From contig CALLJL010000017.1 in NCBI GenBank assembly GCA_938092135.1, positions 62,259 to 126,258 of the forward strand: a stretch of DNA of 64,000 bases. The letters run 5' to 3'. Positions within the stretch are counted from its first letter, which is position 1; the number at the start of each line of letters is the position of its first letter. The position numbers and the translations under genes were made by a program. Below the pieces are notes generated by a model. It was not told the DNA's origin. It ran no database searches and saw only the letters and a list, made by a program, of their open reading frames with translations. Positions 1-9,092 of this stretch are shown here, in pieces. This DNA comes from an uncultured bacterium. Its GTDB lineage: Bacteria; Acidobacteriota; Aminicenantia; Aminicenantales; CALLJL01.

Positions 1-86
1 CTTTCCACGGGCTTAGGCAAAAATTTTCTAATGCTCCGGCGGGAGCGGACTAATTCTAAGAATTTAGTTGATAAAAGTTTACTCAT
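1..86 (-). CDS. Nitroreductase-family protein, N-terminal fragment (gene continues off the left edge)
   Basis: Minus-strand ATG at 84-86, preceded by an AGGGAG RBS. It translates MSKLLSTKFLELVRSRRSIRKFLPKPVE, the typical nitroreductase N-terminus (RRSIRKF). The rest lies off-window. Confidence 0.45.
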   Translation of the reverse strand, partial: MSKLLSTKFLELVRSRRSIRKFLPKPVE

Positions 87-301
87 AGTTAACTCCCTCT
101 TCAACTTTATCTAAGTAACTTCCAGTTTTAAATTTAAAAATTTCTTTTGAATTCTAAACTATTTTGTATATTATCTGGGATAATTGTTTCTAAGTAAAAT
201 TAATAAAATAGAACCGCTGCAAGCCCGAATCTTTCGGTTAATTAGAGTTGATAAGACAAAATTATCAGCCAAGGTTTTGCAAGAGCAAAATTTGCGATTA
301 T

Positions 302-838
302 TTACTTTTCTTTTTGTATAGCAAACCAGTAGATAAAAAGCTCCTTTTCTAATTCCTTATAATTTTGGAATTTCCGTTGGATTATTTTCCAGAAATTCTC
401 ATTATGTTTTTTTTCGAGGAGATGAGCTAATTCATGATATATGATGTATTTAATAAGAAAAATGGGCAATTTTTGTATTTTTGTATTTAAGGTAAGATTT
501 TTCTTCGAGCTTATGCTTGCCCATTTTGTTTTCATATTTCTCCAGAAGATTCCATTTATTCTTACGCCTAAATCATCGGATGCATCCTTAATAAGCTTAT
601 TCAAAATTTCATCAATTTCATCTTTCTTCCTTTGATACAATTCCTTTTGGTAAGATTCTTTTAGACATTCATTTATAAAGCCAAGTTTTTTCATTATCCA
701 ATTTTTATACTTTTCGACGATAACTTCAGGAGAGTAGCCAAAAGGAAGGATTAAAAGAAGCTTTCCCGTTGAAAATTCTAGCCTTGGAAATTTTATATTG
801 CGAAAGGAGACTTCGTAAGGTATTTCAGGAAGCTCCAT
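302..838 (-). CDS. DUF45/YgjP-like (M48-related) HExxH metal-dependent hydrolase
   Basis: Contains the motif YIIYHELAHLLEKKHNENFW, matching the DUF45 signature HELxHLxxxNHxxxFW. The gene overlaps the hsdR 3' end by 14 nt, an arrangement often seen downstream of hsdR. Confidence 0.7.
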   Translation of the reverse strand: MELPEIPYEVSFRNIKFPRLEFSTGKLLLILPFGYSPEVIVEKYKNWIMKKLGFINECLKESYQKELYQRKKDEIDEILNKLIKDASDDLGVRINGIFWRNMKTKWASISSKKNLTLNTKIQKLPIFLIKYIIYHELAHLLEKKHNENFWKIIQRKFQNYKELEKELFIYWFAIQKEK

Positions 839-3800
839 AGTTTTTTACGCAGTCCATTAATTTTTCATGTAAAATATCCATTTCTTTCAACGATAATCCA
901 TATGTTTTCTTAATCATTCTTACAAACTTTCTTATCTCTCGTTCTATACTCCTCCTTGCTGTCGTTTGAGCAAGCCATCCAGGAAACATTAATACTCTTA
1001 ATTTTTCCGAAAGCTCCTTTATTTTATCAACAAATTCACCTTTCTTTTCAAGATTTTTCTCGAGCGTCAGAAGGAGAGAATACTCAAGGTCTGAAAAGTT
1101 TAGTGTTTTTTGTCTATGAGAGAGAGAATAGATTTCTTCAAATATTTTTACTCCTTCCTCATATATCTTTTCATAATCCTTTATTTTCTCTTTCCACATT
1201 TTAACAAGTCTTTCGACCTTCTCAACTAGAGTTTCATAAATCGGATTCCTGTGCCTTTCGACAAGAATTAATCTGTTAAGAGTAAAAAGAATATTAGCTG
1301 ACTTCTCTTTTTTATCCTTAATTTTTTCTTCTAATTGTTTAAGATACTGTTCATCAAGAGTAATTGAAGGAAGAGAACTTGAAAGCGTCTCAATCTCAGT
1401 AGATTTGTGAATTGACTCTATTGTTGTCTTATAATATTTCTCAATTTCAGCTTCATAAATTGATTTTTGGATGACCGTTTTCATGTAATAGGTGTAAATA
1501 GCCGAGAGCCATTTAAAGGAATCTAAATACTCAATTTTAACTATGTCTGGACCAAGAAGCTCAAAGAGTTTATTGAGCTTTCTATATTTACCTACAAATT
1601 CTTTTTCAGTAATCGGAGAAGATGTAAGAATATCAATTGCGTCGACCAAAGTTTTCCTCTGATAATCCCTTTTTAAGTCTTTAAATATTTCCAGGCTTTC
1701 CTGAAGCAAGTTCACAAATTCTTGCTGAATATTTTCATAACTAAAAAGGACTCCTTCAATGTCTTCTTTGCTGTAAATTTCAATAGCTCTTTTAAATTCT
1801 TTCAATATTCCAACATAATCTATGACCAGACCAGCTTCTTTTAAATCCCTATAAGGTCTGTTTGTTCTGGCTATTGCCTGAAGCAGTCTATGCTCTTTAA
1901 GAGGCTTATCAAGATATAACACTTGAAGAATCGGAGCATCAAATCCTGTTAAAAGCATATCAGTCACTATCAATATCTTGGGATACTCCTCCTCTTTAAA
2001 TTTTCCAATAATTTCTTTTCTAATAGTTTCAATATCTTTCCCTGCGTATCTTTGTCTTGTCTCTGCCACTGCTTTTAAGAGGCTGGGCTCATCTCTTTCT
2101 CTATAGGTCATTACAACTTCACAATATTCCTTTGGAAGAAGTTTATTCAGCTCAAGGCGATAAAGTTCGCAGGCTTTTCTGCTTCCAGCTACAACCATGG
2201 CTTTGAATCTTCCAACAACATTCTCCTTAAAATGTTTAACTATATCCTCTGAAATAACCTTTATTCTATTAGGATTTTCAAGAAAAGCTTTAATAGAATT
2301 GATTTTTTTTCGCACAGATTCTTCTATTTCTTCCCGCATTTCTTCTGGGATTTCTTCAAACTCCGATTCCAAGAATGCTTCCAGTTGTTCTTTTTTCAGG
2401 TGAACTTCCCTTTCAAGTCTTGGTTGATAGACAATTTTCACGGTAAAGCCATCTTTTATAGATTCCGTTATAAAATATTTATCGAGATAAAGCTCTTCTG
2501 GTGGATAACTAAATTCGAGATAAGTGTCTCTTTCCCTTTTTGAGATGGGAGTTCCAGTGAAGGCAAAAAAGAAAGCATTTCTTAAAATTGACTTCATTTG
2601 AGCTGCAAGGGTTCCATATTGTGTCCTATGCGCTTCATCGACAAAGACAATTACATTATTTCTATTCATAATAGTTTCTTTTGTCCTCGACATCTTTTCT
2701 ATTTCTTTTCCCAAATGATTCAGCTCATTGTATCTAAACTTATGAATCAGAGTTATAAATGCTCCTCTCTTTCCTCTGTAATCATCAGATTTTAAAATCT
2801 CTTTTAATTCTTCAACCGAATTTATTTTTTCAGGTTTTATAATATCAAGGGCATTAAATTCTCCGTCCAGTTGCTCTTCAAGGTCAATCCTATCCACAAT
2901 AAAAAAAACTGTGGGGTTTTGAAGTTCCTTTAAATAATAAAGTTTGTGAAAGGCAAAAATCATTGTAAGAGTTTTCCCACTACCTTGCCAGTGCCATACT
3001 AGCCCTTTATTCTTTTCATCTTCACCAATAACATTTTTCTTCACCCTTTCAACTATTTTGCTTACGGTTCTATATTGCATATATCTTGTGACAACCTTTG
3101 TTGCCTCTCCTCGCTCAATCCTGAAAAAAAGAAAATTCCTAAATATATCCAGAAGTACTTCAGGCAGAAGAAAAGAAGAGAAAATAGAATAGGAAGGATG
3201 AATCTCTTTTCTCTTTATTTTCTCTTCATTATTCTCTGTTCTTAATTCGCCTTCTTCCATTTTCCACTCTTCGGCATTCACCTCATCTTTCCATGGAACA
3301 ACTGGAAAGTACTTGGCCACTGCTTCAACGGCAACACCAATTTGAGCATATTTGAACAATTCAGGAACTTTCTTCTCGTAATCCTTTATTTGTCTGTAAG
3401 CATTGAACCAGCTTTCAGCAACATTTGTCGGGTCTTTGCCTTCAATTATTACAAGAGGTATTCCATTTATATACAAAACTAAATCCGTTCTAATCCTTTC
3501 TCTCCCATCATAAATTGCTTGTCTTGTTATTATAAACTCGTTATTATTAATGTCATTAAAATCAAAGAGCTGAACATATTTTACTACTCTTTCTTTTTCA
3601 AACTTAACGGGGATTCCAAATTTATAAAAATTTAAAATTTTCCTGGCTCCCTCAATGCCAGTGCCGGCAAGGGTCAGTTCATTAATTGCCTTTTTTATCT
3701 CTTCATCACCGATGTTAGCTTCTTTGTTGATTCTTTCAAGGGCTCGCGATAGGTTTGGAATTAGAAGAGGCTCTTTGTAGCTTTCCCTTTCGAGGCTATC

Positions 3801-3878
3801 AGCTGGAATAAAACTCCATCCTTTCTCCTGGAGTAGGCTGGAAATGTAATCTTCAACGATTTTCTTTTCTTTAAACAT
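825..3878 (-). CDS. hsdR: Type I restriction enzyme R subunit (HsdR)
   Basis: 1017 aa. Has a Walker A motif WQGSGKTLTM, a DEAH box VDEAHRTQ and SF2 helicase motifs, and sits with the other Type I R-M genes. Confidence 0.9.
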   Translation of the reverse strand: MFKEKKIVEDYISSLLQEKGWSFIPADSLERESYKEPLLIPNLSRALERINKEANIGDEEIKKAINELTLAGTGIEGARKILNFYKFGIPVKFEKERVVKYVQLFDFNDINNNEFIITRQAIYDGRERIRTDLVLYINGIPLVIIEGKDPTNVAESWFNAYRQIKDYEKKVPELFKYAQIGVAVEAVAKYFPVVPWKDEVNAEEWKMEEGELRTENNEEKIKRKEIHPSYSIFSSFLLPEVLLDIFRNFLFFRIERGEATKVVTRYMQYRTVSKIVERVKKNVIGEDEKNKGLVWHWQGSGKTLTMIFAFHKLYYLKELQNPTVFFIVDRIDLEEQLDGEFNALDIIKPEKINSVEELKEILKSDDYRGKRGAFITLIHKFRYNELNHLGKEIEKMSRTKETIMNRNNVIVFVDEAHRTQYGTLAAQMKSILRNAFFFAFTGTPISKRERDTYLEFSYPPEELYLDKYFITESIKDGFTVKIVYQPRLEREVHLKKEQLEAFLESEFEEIPEEMREEIEESVRKKINSIKAFLENPNRIKVISEDIVKHFKENVVGRFKAMVVAGSRKACELYRLELNKLLPKEYCEVVMTYRERDEPSLLKAVAETRQRYAGKDIETIRKEIIGKFKEEEYPKILIVTDMLLTGFDAPILQVLYLDKPLKEHRLLQAIARTNRPYRDLKEAGLVIDYVGILKEFKRAIEIYSKEDIEGVLFSYENIQQEFVNLLQESLEIFKDLKRDYQRKTLVDAIDILTSSPITEKEFVGKYRKLNKLFELLGPDIVKIEYLDSFKWLSAIYTYYMKTVIQKSIYEAEIEKYYKTTIESIHKSTEIETLSSSLPSITLDEQYLKQLEEKIKDKKEKSANILFTLNRLILVERHRNPIYETLVEKVERLVKMWKEKIKDYEKIYEEGVKIFEEIYSLSHRQKTLNFSDLEYSLLLTLEKNLEKKGEFVDKIKELSEKLRVLMFPGWLAQTTARRSIEREIRKFVRMIKKTYGLSLKEMDILHEKLMDCVKNYGAS

Positions 3879-4018
3879 GATATTTTAGAGCCTGAAAAAT
3901 GAATTTCTCATCAATTCTAGTTTATTAATGACTTAATCTTTTCTACAAAAGGTTTCGCTTTCTCAAGCCATTCTTCAACTTGCTTCTTTTCGAACTCAAC
4001 GAATTCTAAATAACCTCC

Positions 4019-4372
4019 TCACTGTCTTGCTTCAAATAATCTATTATAAAATCGCCCCTCTTCTGTCCCTATAAGACCTTGTTTTATAATGTATCTATGG
4101 AAATAGGCCTTAACACCGGAATGTTTTTTAAATTTTAATCCTTTTTGGAGCAATAATGCACTCACAATATAAAAGCAGGCATAACAAATTCTGTTCACAG
4201 AGAAGGAAAGCCTGTTTGCTTTTAGCTCATCTTCTGCAGAGCAAAGGGATTCTAGGGATCTTTCTACCCAGTATTTAATAATTTCTTTCTTCTTTTTAGC
4301 ACTTTCCTTCACAAGGGAATTCCTTCCTTTTCTATAAAATAATGAATAGGAAGAGGACTTAGTTTTTCCCAC
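4019..4372 (-). CDS. HEPN-domain protein (toxin-like partner of the MNT gene)
   Basis: 117 aa. The C-terminal region (CYACFYIVSALLLQKGLKFKKHSGVKAYFHRY) resembles HEPN (PF05168). The annotated start overlaps the upstream MNT gene by 64 nt, so the true start may be a non-ATG codon further in. Confidence 0.65.
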   Translation of the reverse strand: MGKTKSSSYSLFYRKGRNSLVKESAKKKKEIIKYWVERSLESLCSAEDELKANRLSFSVNRICYACFYIVSALLLQKGLKFKKHSGVKAYFHRYIIKQGLIGTEEGRFYNRLFEARQ

Positions 4373-4677
4373 TCCTTTTTTGATAGAATAAGAGGACTTA
4401 TATTTGTGTCAAATTCAATATTTATATCAAACACTATGTCTAAAATTTGCTTCCTAATCTTTTCATTTATTTCGCCAGATAGAATTATTAAAATATCAAG
4501 ATCAGATTCTTCATCAAACTTACCTGTTACCTTTGATCCAAAAAGTTTGATCTCGGTTCCATGATATAATTTTTCAACCGCAGATTTAAGTTTATAAAGA
4601 GCTTCTTGTTCGAGCTTAGTGAAATACTTCTTAACTCTATTTCTTTGCTTCAAAATACTTTTTCTTTTTATTGTCAT
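4309..4677 (-). CDS. Minimal nucleotidyltransferase (MNT) domain protein
   Basis: Carries the motif LFGSKVTGKFDEESDLDILII, i.e. GS...DxD of PF01909. It is paired with the HEPN gene. Confidence 0.75.
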   Translation of the reverse strand: MTIKRKSILKQRNRVKKYFTKLEQEALYKLKSAVEKLYHGTEIKLFGSKVTGKFDEESDLDILIILSGEINEKIRKQILDIVFDINIEFDTNISPLILSKKEWEKLSPLPIHYFIEKEGIPL

Positions 4678-4706
4678 TGTTTTGATTTTCTTTCATCCAT
4701 TAGGCT

Positions 4707-5975
4707 TCATGTTCCACTTTTATAATCTAATTTTACCCTTCTCCTTCCTGTAAGCAAATCTTCCATTAATCCTTTCTTAACTCTTTCAAGCTTATCTTTC
4801 CTTTTTTCCAGCATCTCCAATCCCTTGTCAATAGTACTCAGGATTTCAGCAATTTTTTGTTGCTCTGGGAGAGGGGGGAGGGGGAGAGGAAACCTTTTGA
4901 GGTCATCTTTTCTAATAGCTTGAAAAGTTGAACCTCCAGAAATACTCTCAAGCTTTTTGCCTTTATACTTTAAATAATAAAATAAAAACATATAATTTGA
5001 TTTATCTGCCTTACTTCTTATTGCCGCTAAACCTCTGCCAATGCAAACCTTTGCAAGAGAAATATTAACATCTCCAACCGGAGCTCTTACCGAAATTAAA
5101 ACGTCGTTTTTTTCTGCTATTTTTATTGGTTTAGAACAGTAAATACTAGGTAATGGATAAATTTCGCCAAATTCCATCTTCCCCTGAAGAAAAGGCAGTC
5201 CTTCATTTGAAGTATTATAGGTGGAGGAAGGAGGCGACTGACCCATTATTACTTCAAAAATTTTATTGTCCCCCAACCTCACCACCTCCCACTCCTTCGG
5301 AATCTTTCCAATCTCTGTGTCTTTAAACTCCTTATGTCCTATGCCTTTGGTAAGTAGCTTCTCCATCAAGCCTTTCTTTAGCCTCTCGGTCTTCTCAATA
5401 GCCAGCTTTACCTTCTCAATTGCCAAATCCACTGTGCTCAGAATTTCAGCAATCTTTTTCTGTTTAGGAAGAGGAGGGAGGATGACCTTAAAATTTTCTA
5501 ACTGATCTTTTGATAATTCTTTAAACGTGCTTCCGCTGCTCAGGTTTTGTAATTCCTTCTTTTTATTTAAGAAATAATAACAATAGAATTTTGGAAAAAT
5601 ATTCTTTTCATCTTTTGGTATTAATCCTTTGCATCCTTGATTAAATGTGGCCCTTTCTTTAAGTATAGCAACATAACCTACTGGAGCCCTGGTTGATATT
5701 ATAATTGAATTTATTGGCATCAAAGTTAAGTTACTCTCTTTCATTGCCTTTTCGGTAATTTTTCTTTCACTTTCTTTTATTTCTATTTGCCTATTTAATT
5801 TGCTTAAATCAGATGGTGTAATCCAATTTATTGTTCCATTTTTCCAATAATCGCTATTTTTAGTTGATGGCGTCGTGCCAGTTTCAACTATAAATAAATC
5901 GTTCACTTTATGAACCTCCCAATCTTCCGGTATCTTCCCTATGTCCGTAACTTTAAAATTATGTTTTTTTTTCAC
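4707..5975 (-). CDS. hsdS: Type I restriction-modification specificity subunit (HsdS), two target-recognition domains (TRDs)
   Basis: 422 aa. Two TRDs are each followed by a conserved repeat ([18 protein letters not shown].. and [18 protein letters not shown]..), the typical HsdS architecture. Confidence 0.85.
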   Translation of the reverse strand: MKKKHNFKVTDIGKIPEDWEVHKVNDLFIVETGTTPSTKNSDYWKNGTINWITPSDLSKLNRQIEIKESERKITEKAMKESNLTLMPINSIIISTRAPVGYVAILKERATFNQGCKGLIPKDEKNIFPKFYCYYFLNKKKELQNLSSGSTFKELSKDQLENFKVILPPLPKQKKIAEILSTVDLAIEKVKLAIEKTERLKKGLMEKLLTKGIGHKEFKDTEIGKIPKEWEVVRLGDNKIFEVIMGQSPPSSTYNTSNEGLPFLQGKMEFGEIYPLPSIYCSKPIKIAEKNDVLISVRAPVGDVNISLAKVCIGRGLAAIRSKADKSNYMFLFYYLKYKGKKLESISGGSTFQAIRKDDLKRFPLPLPPLPEQQKIAEILSTIDKGLEMLEKRKDKLERVKKGLMEDLLTGRRRVKLDYKSGT

Positions 5976-5987
5976 TTTATTAATCTT

Positions 5988-6977
5988 TTAGGGGAAAATT
6001 CTTAATTGTTCTTTTTCTAAAATTTCATAATTTTGCGTCATTTTATTCTTAAATTCCCATATATTCTCAAATTTCCATTCACCATTTCTGATGTTCGCTT
6101 TTGAGATTGTAAAGGCCTTGAAATGTTTTGAATATTTAAAATTTTTCCCTCTTTTAAATTTTTCTAACATTAATTTTACAGGATATGAAATTATAGCCTT
6201 TTTGTCCTCTACCCTATCACCTACACGTGGATTTTTTTGATAATAGAGTTTTGTTTCTTTGAAACAAGATTGAACCACACTTCCAAGCAGCATGTCTGCT
6301 AATTGAAGAATATTAGCGTGTTTATATTCTTCAGAACACCTAACATATTTTTTATGATCAGAATTTAAATGAACTAATTCTGCTGTATCTGGGATTTCTA
6401 CATAAGAACGAACTTTTTTTCTTAGATCATAAATTATTCTAAATTCATTTAATTTTCGATGACAAGGCTGACCGTCTGTTATTATCTTTAAAATTTTTAC
6501 CTTGTGTTTATTGTCATAAAGATAATGAAGCGTGCCCTTTAATAGCATTCTTAGTAGAGTTTCCCCAAATCTCAATTCTTTTTCCTTCCTATTTTCTCCC
6601 CCATAACTCGATATCAGATCCAATTTTGGTTCCTCATAAAATATCACTCCTAATTTGCAAAAAGTATTTTTTTGTTTAAGATATTCTACCGCTATTTGAA
6701 CTATATTTTTTTCAGCATTATTTTGCTTAGTCCACTTCTGTCCTGAAATCTCAGAAAAATGAAATTTGTGATTTGCACCGAAATTATTTCTTACTTTCTC
6801 AATGTCATCAAAAAGATCAGTTAAAGGCTTGAATGTTATTGGTGGCATGCTTAATAAATTTCCTTTTTCTCTGATGGTGATTTTAACAGGAACCAAAAAT
6901 AATACATGTCCTTTTAAATTCTGATATTTTGTTTCATCGTGATATACGATAACTTCACTATAGGTTTCTTTGTTCAT
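5988..6977 (-). CDS. DUF3800-like protein embedded in the R-M operon
   Basis: 329 aa. The N-terminal VIVYHDETKY resembles the YIDESG start of DUF3800, and the internal ILQLADMLLG resembles its QLAD motif. The assignment is tentative. Confidence 0.4.
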   Translation of the reverse strand: MNKETYSEVIVYHDETKYQNLKGHVLFLVPVKITIREKGNLLSMPPITFKPLTDLFDDIEKVRNNFGANHKFHFSEISGQKWTKQNNAEKNIVQIAVEYLKQKNTFCKLGVIFYEEPKLDLISSYGGENRKEKELRFGETLLRMLLKGTLHYLYDNKHKVKILKIITDGQPCHRKLNEFRIIYDLRKKVRSYVEIPDTAELVHLNSDHKKYVRCSEEYKHANILQLADMLLGSVVQSCFKETKLYYQKNPRVGDRVEDKKAIISYPVKLMLEKFKRGKNFKYSKHFKAFTISKANIRNGEWKFENIWEFKNKMTQNYEILEKEQLRIFP

Positions 6978-7002
6978 ATTTCTACTTCCTCTTCAGGCAC
7001 AT

Positions 7003-7296
7003 TCAAGTCTTTCTCCTTGCTCTCTTTATAATGTCGCCCTTAGAATTTATTACTCCTATTCCTGTTCCTTTAGTTACAGCCAGAGCAGTGCGAAGATTTT
7101 TATCATTGGTAGCTATATATCTTGCTTTTGAGGATCTTTTTACCTGATTTATGCCATGATATATCCCACTTTTTGTAGTCTCTACTTCGATAGCTCTATT
7201 GGGTGTCACAATATCAATCCCTCTGTGCTTTTTATACTGGACACCCAGCTTCTTCGCTATGTTTTCAGCAATTTGGTCATGTCTACTCTTGCTCAT
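7003..7296 (-). CDS. Small hypothetical protein, possibly PD-(D/E)xK-like (YraN/Hjc-like core)
   Basis: 97 aa. The stretch RGIDIVTPNRAIEVETTKSG resembles the GEIDLI...VEVK core of YraN-type nucleases. This is weak. Confidence 0.3.
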   Translation of the reverse strand: MSKSRHDQIAENIAKKLGVQYKKHRGIDIVTPNRAIEVETTKSGIYHGINQVKRSSKARYIATNDKNLRTALAVTKGTGIGVINSKGDIIKRARRKT

Positions 7297-7343
7297 GTGT
7301 TCATCATCACCTCCTTTCTATTTCCCAAAAATTAATTAGCATT

Positions 7344-7571
7344 TTATCTTTCTTCCAATTCTTCTAAATATTCCTCAATCTTTTTGTCCACATCTTCAAG
7401 TTCCTTTTCAATTAACTTAATTTCTTCCCACTCTCTCTCCACATCAATTTCTTCCCTTTCCTCCTCTGGAAATACATAAAGAGTTACATTAAGGTTGTAA
7501 TCGTTTTCTCTTATCTTTTCAGCGTCAACAATTTTGGAGAAGCCCTCTATTTCTTTAAATTCGTGATACAC
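7344..7571 (-). pseudogene. hsdM: C-terminal tail of HsdM, in frame with the upstream hsdM ORF across a TAG codon
   Basis: Translates YHEFKEIEGFSKIVDAEKIRENDYNLNVTLYV, the conserved HsdM C-terminus (ENDYNLNxxRYV). Exactly 66 nt (22 sense codons) separate it from the TAG at 7638-7640. Confidence 0.7.
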
Positions 7572-7637
7572 CTTTGAAATCTTATTTATGTGTTCATCTG
7601 CGAGCCTATTTAATTTTCTAACTTCTGGATGTTGCTC

Positions 7638-9092
7638 CTATTCTTGGCTTGCATTTATAAATAGAATCTTTCCTTTCCTTCCTTCTGGTTTGCTCTTTCT
7701 GAGAATTAAAATTGCACCAGGAGCCCCAGTATTGTAGAAAAGCTTTTCCGGAAGCAAAATAACAGCTTCTATCAAATCTTTATTAAGAATTCCTGCTCTT
7801 ATTGCTCTTTCTCTTCCACCTCTAAAAAGACATCCATTGTCGATAACAACTCCTACCCGGCCATTCTTCTCATCTGCGGAAGATAGCATGTGCTGAATCC
7901 AGGCCCAATCCGCTGACTGATTAGGAGGAAATCCATATTTAAATCTTTCCTTCCAAAATTCTCCTTTTTTCAGAGTTTCCTCTCCATATCCATCCTGATT
8001 CCAGGGAGGATTGGCTATAACAATATCAAATTCCATTATTCGGTCAGCAGATTTAAACTTAGGATAAAACAAAGTATCCCCAAGAGAAAGGTGGACATTT
8101 CTTATATCATGTATGAAAAAATTCATTTCTGCTAAAGCAAGGGTCATATGATTTGCCTCCTGCCCGTAGAGGAAAAGTTTGTTGGCTTCATCCTTTCCAT
8201 GCTTCTCCTCTACATGTTTGTAAGCACCAATGAGCATACCGCCAGAACCCATTGCTAGGTCATAAACTTTCTCATTGGGTTTCGGGTCAAGAATTTTAAC
8301 AAGAAGCTTTATATCTTCCCGAGGAGTATAAACCTCGCCCTCTTTGGCCTTCTGAGGAGCAAAATATCTCAAAATCCATTCGTAGGCATCGCCAAGAAGG
8401 TCAGCAGAGACATGATGAAGGGGTTTAGCGCTAAAGAGCTCCACAAGCTGGCGCAATATTTCTGCATTTTCTCGGCTCACTGCGAATTGAATAAAGTCCA
8501 CATTTTCAAATACATCTTTAAGGTCAGGATTTCTTTCAGCAAGAATTTTCATAGCCTTAGAGAAATTCTCTGGTAACCTTGCAGGGTCTCTTCTTATATT
8601 TTCCCAGAGAAGTTCTGGTTCAATATCAAAATCATGATATAAAGATTTGCTGGCTTCTTCTCGCGCCTCTTCCTCAGATAGTCCATCAGAAATTGCTTCG
8701 TTGTATGCGGATTCAAACTCAATCTCCCATTTGTCACTTATTCTTTTGTAGAAAAGAAGAAAGAGAATGAAAGTATAATCAACCCTGGTTCTTATAAGAT
8801 CGGCAGCTCTTTTCAAAAGAGCTTCAAGCTCGCCTCTTGTAAGTTCACTTTCACCAATGGCAAGGAATTGCGATATTATTTTTTCACTCCTTTCAAGGGT
8901 ATATATCCTTTTTCTCGCATCCTCAGGGTCAAATTCAGCTCTGAGCCACCCTTTCTTTCTTAATTCAGAAAGAATTACATTCATCTGTTCTTCGCTGTCT
9001 TCAAAATCTCTTTTGAGGACATTAAAGGCATCTTCAAATCTAAAAGGAGAATCTTCATATTCTGTCCATAATGCCATGTACCTTTTCTCCAA
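7638..9092 (-). CDS. hsdM: Type I R-M DNA methyltransferase subunit (HsdM), truncated by an in-frame TAG
   Basis: 484 aa. Has the N6-adenine methyltransferase motifs DLAMGSGGML (motif I) and VIANPPW (motif IV). It ends ...ILFINASQE and then hits TAG. Confidence 0.85.
   Translation of the reverse strand: MEKRYMALWTEYEDSPFRFEDAFNVLKRDFEDSEEQMNVILSELRKKGWLRAEFDPEDARKRIYTLERSEKIISQFLAIGESELTRGELEALLKRAADLIRTRVDYTFILFLLFYKRISDKWEIEFESAYNEAISDGLSEEEAREEASKSLYHDFDIEPELLWENIRRDPARLPENFSKAMKILAERNPDLKDVFENVDFIQFAVSRENAEILRQLVELFSAKPLHHVSADLLGDAYEWILRYFAPQKAKEGEVYTPREDIKLLVKILDPKPNEKVYDLAMGSGGMLIGAYKHVEEKHGKDEANKLFLYGQEANHMTLALAEMNFFIHDIRNVHLSLGDTLFYPKFKSADRIMEFDIVIANPPWNQDGYGEETLKKGEFWKERFKYGFPPNQSADWAWIQHMLSSADEKNGRVGVVIDNGCLFRGGRERAIRAGILNKDLIEAVILLPEKLFYNTGAPGAILILRKSKPEGRKGKILFINASQE

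Noticed and set aside
212-240. Rho-independent terminator after the DUF45 gene
   Set aside because: There is only a 5-bp stem (CCGAA/TTCGG), and no U-tract on the transcribed strand.
441-635. Short plus-strand ORF inside the DUF45 gene; similar small ORFs include 956..1204, 2197..2403, 5266..5505, 8579..9168, 19298..19831, 23874..24261, 28339..29199, 33570..34062, 44547..44813, 62765..63060 and 63530..63733
   Set aside because: These are antisense or out-of-frame ORFs nested inside long, well-supported genes. Their products are low-complexity, and none has an RBS or a recognisable domain.
7638-7640. Possibility that TAG is reassigned (for example to pyrrolysine or a sense codon) across this genome
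   Set aside because: TAG ends the well-formed amidohydrolase gene at 18501, and TGA and TAA terminate many other genes. No global recoding is evident, so the hsdM TAG is treated as a local lesion.
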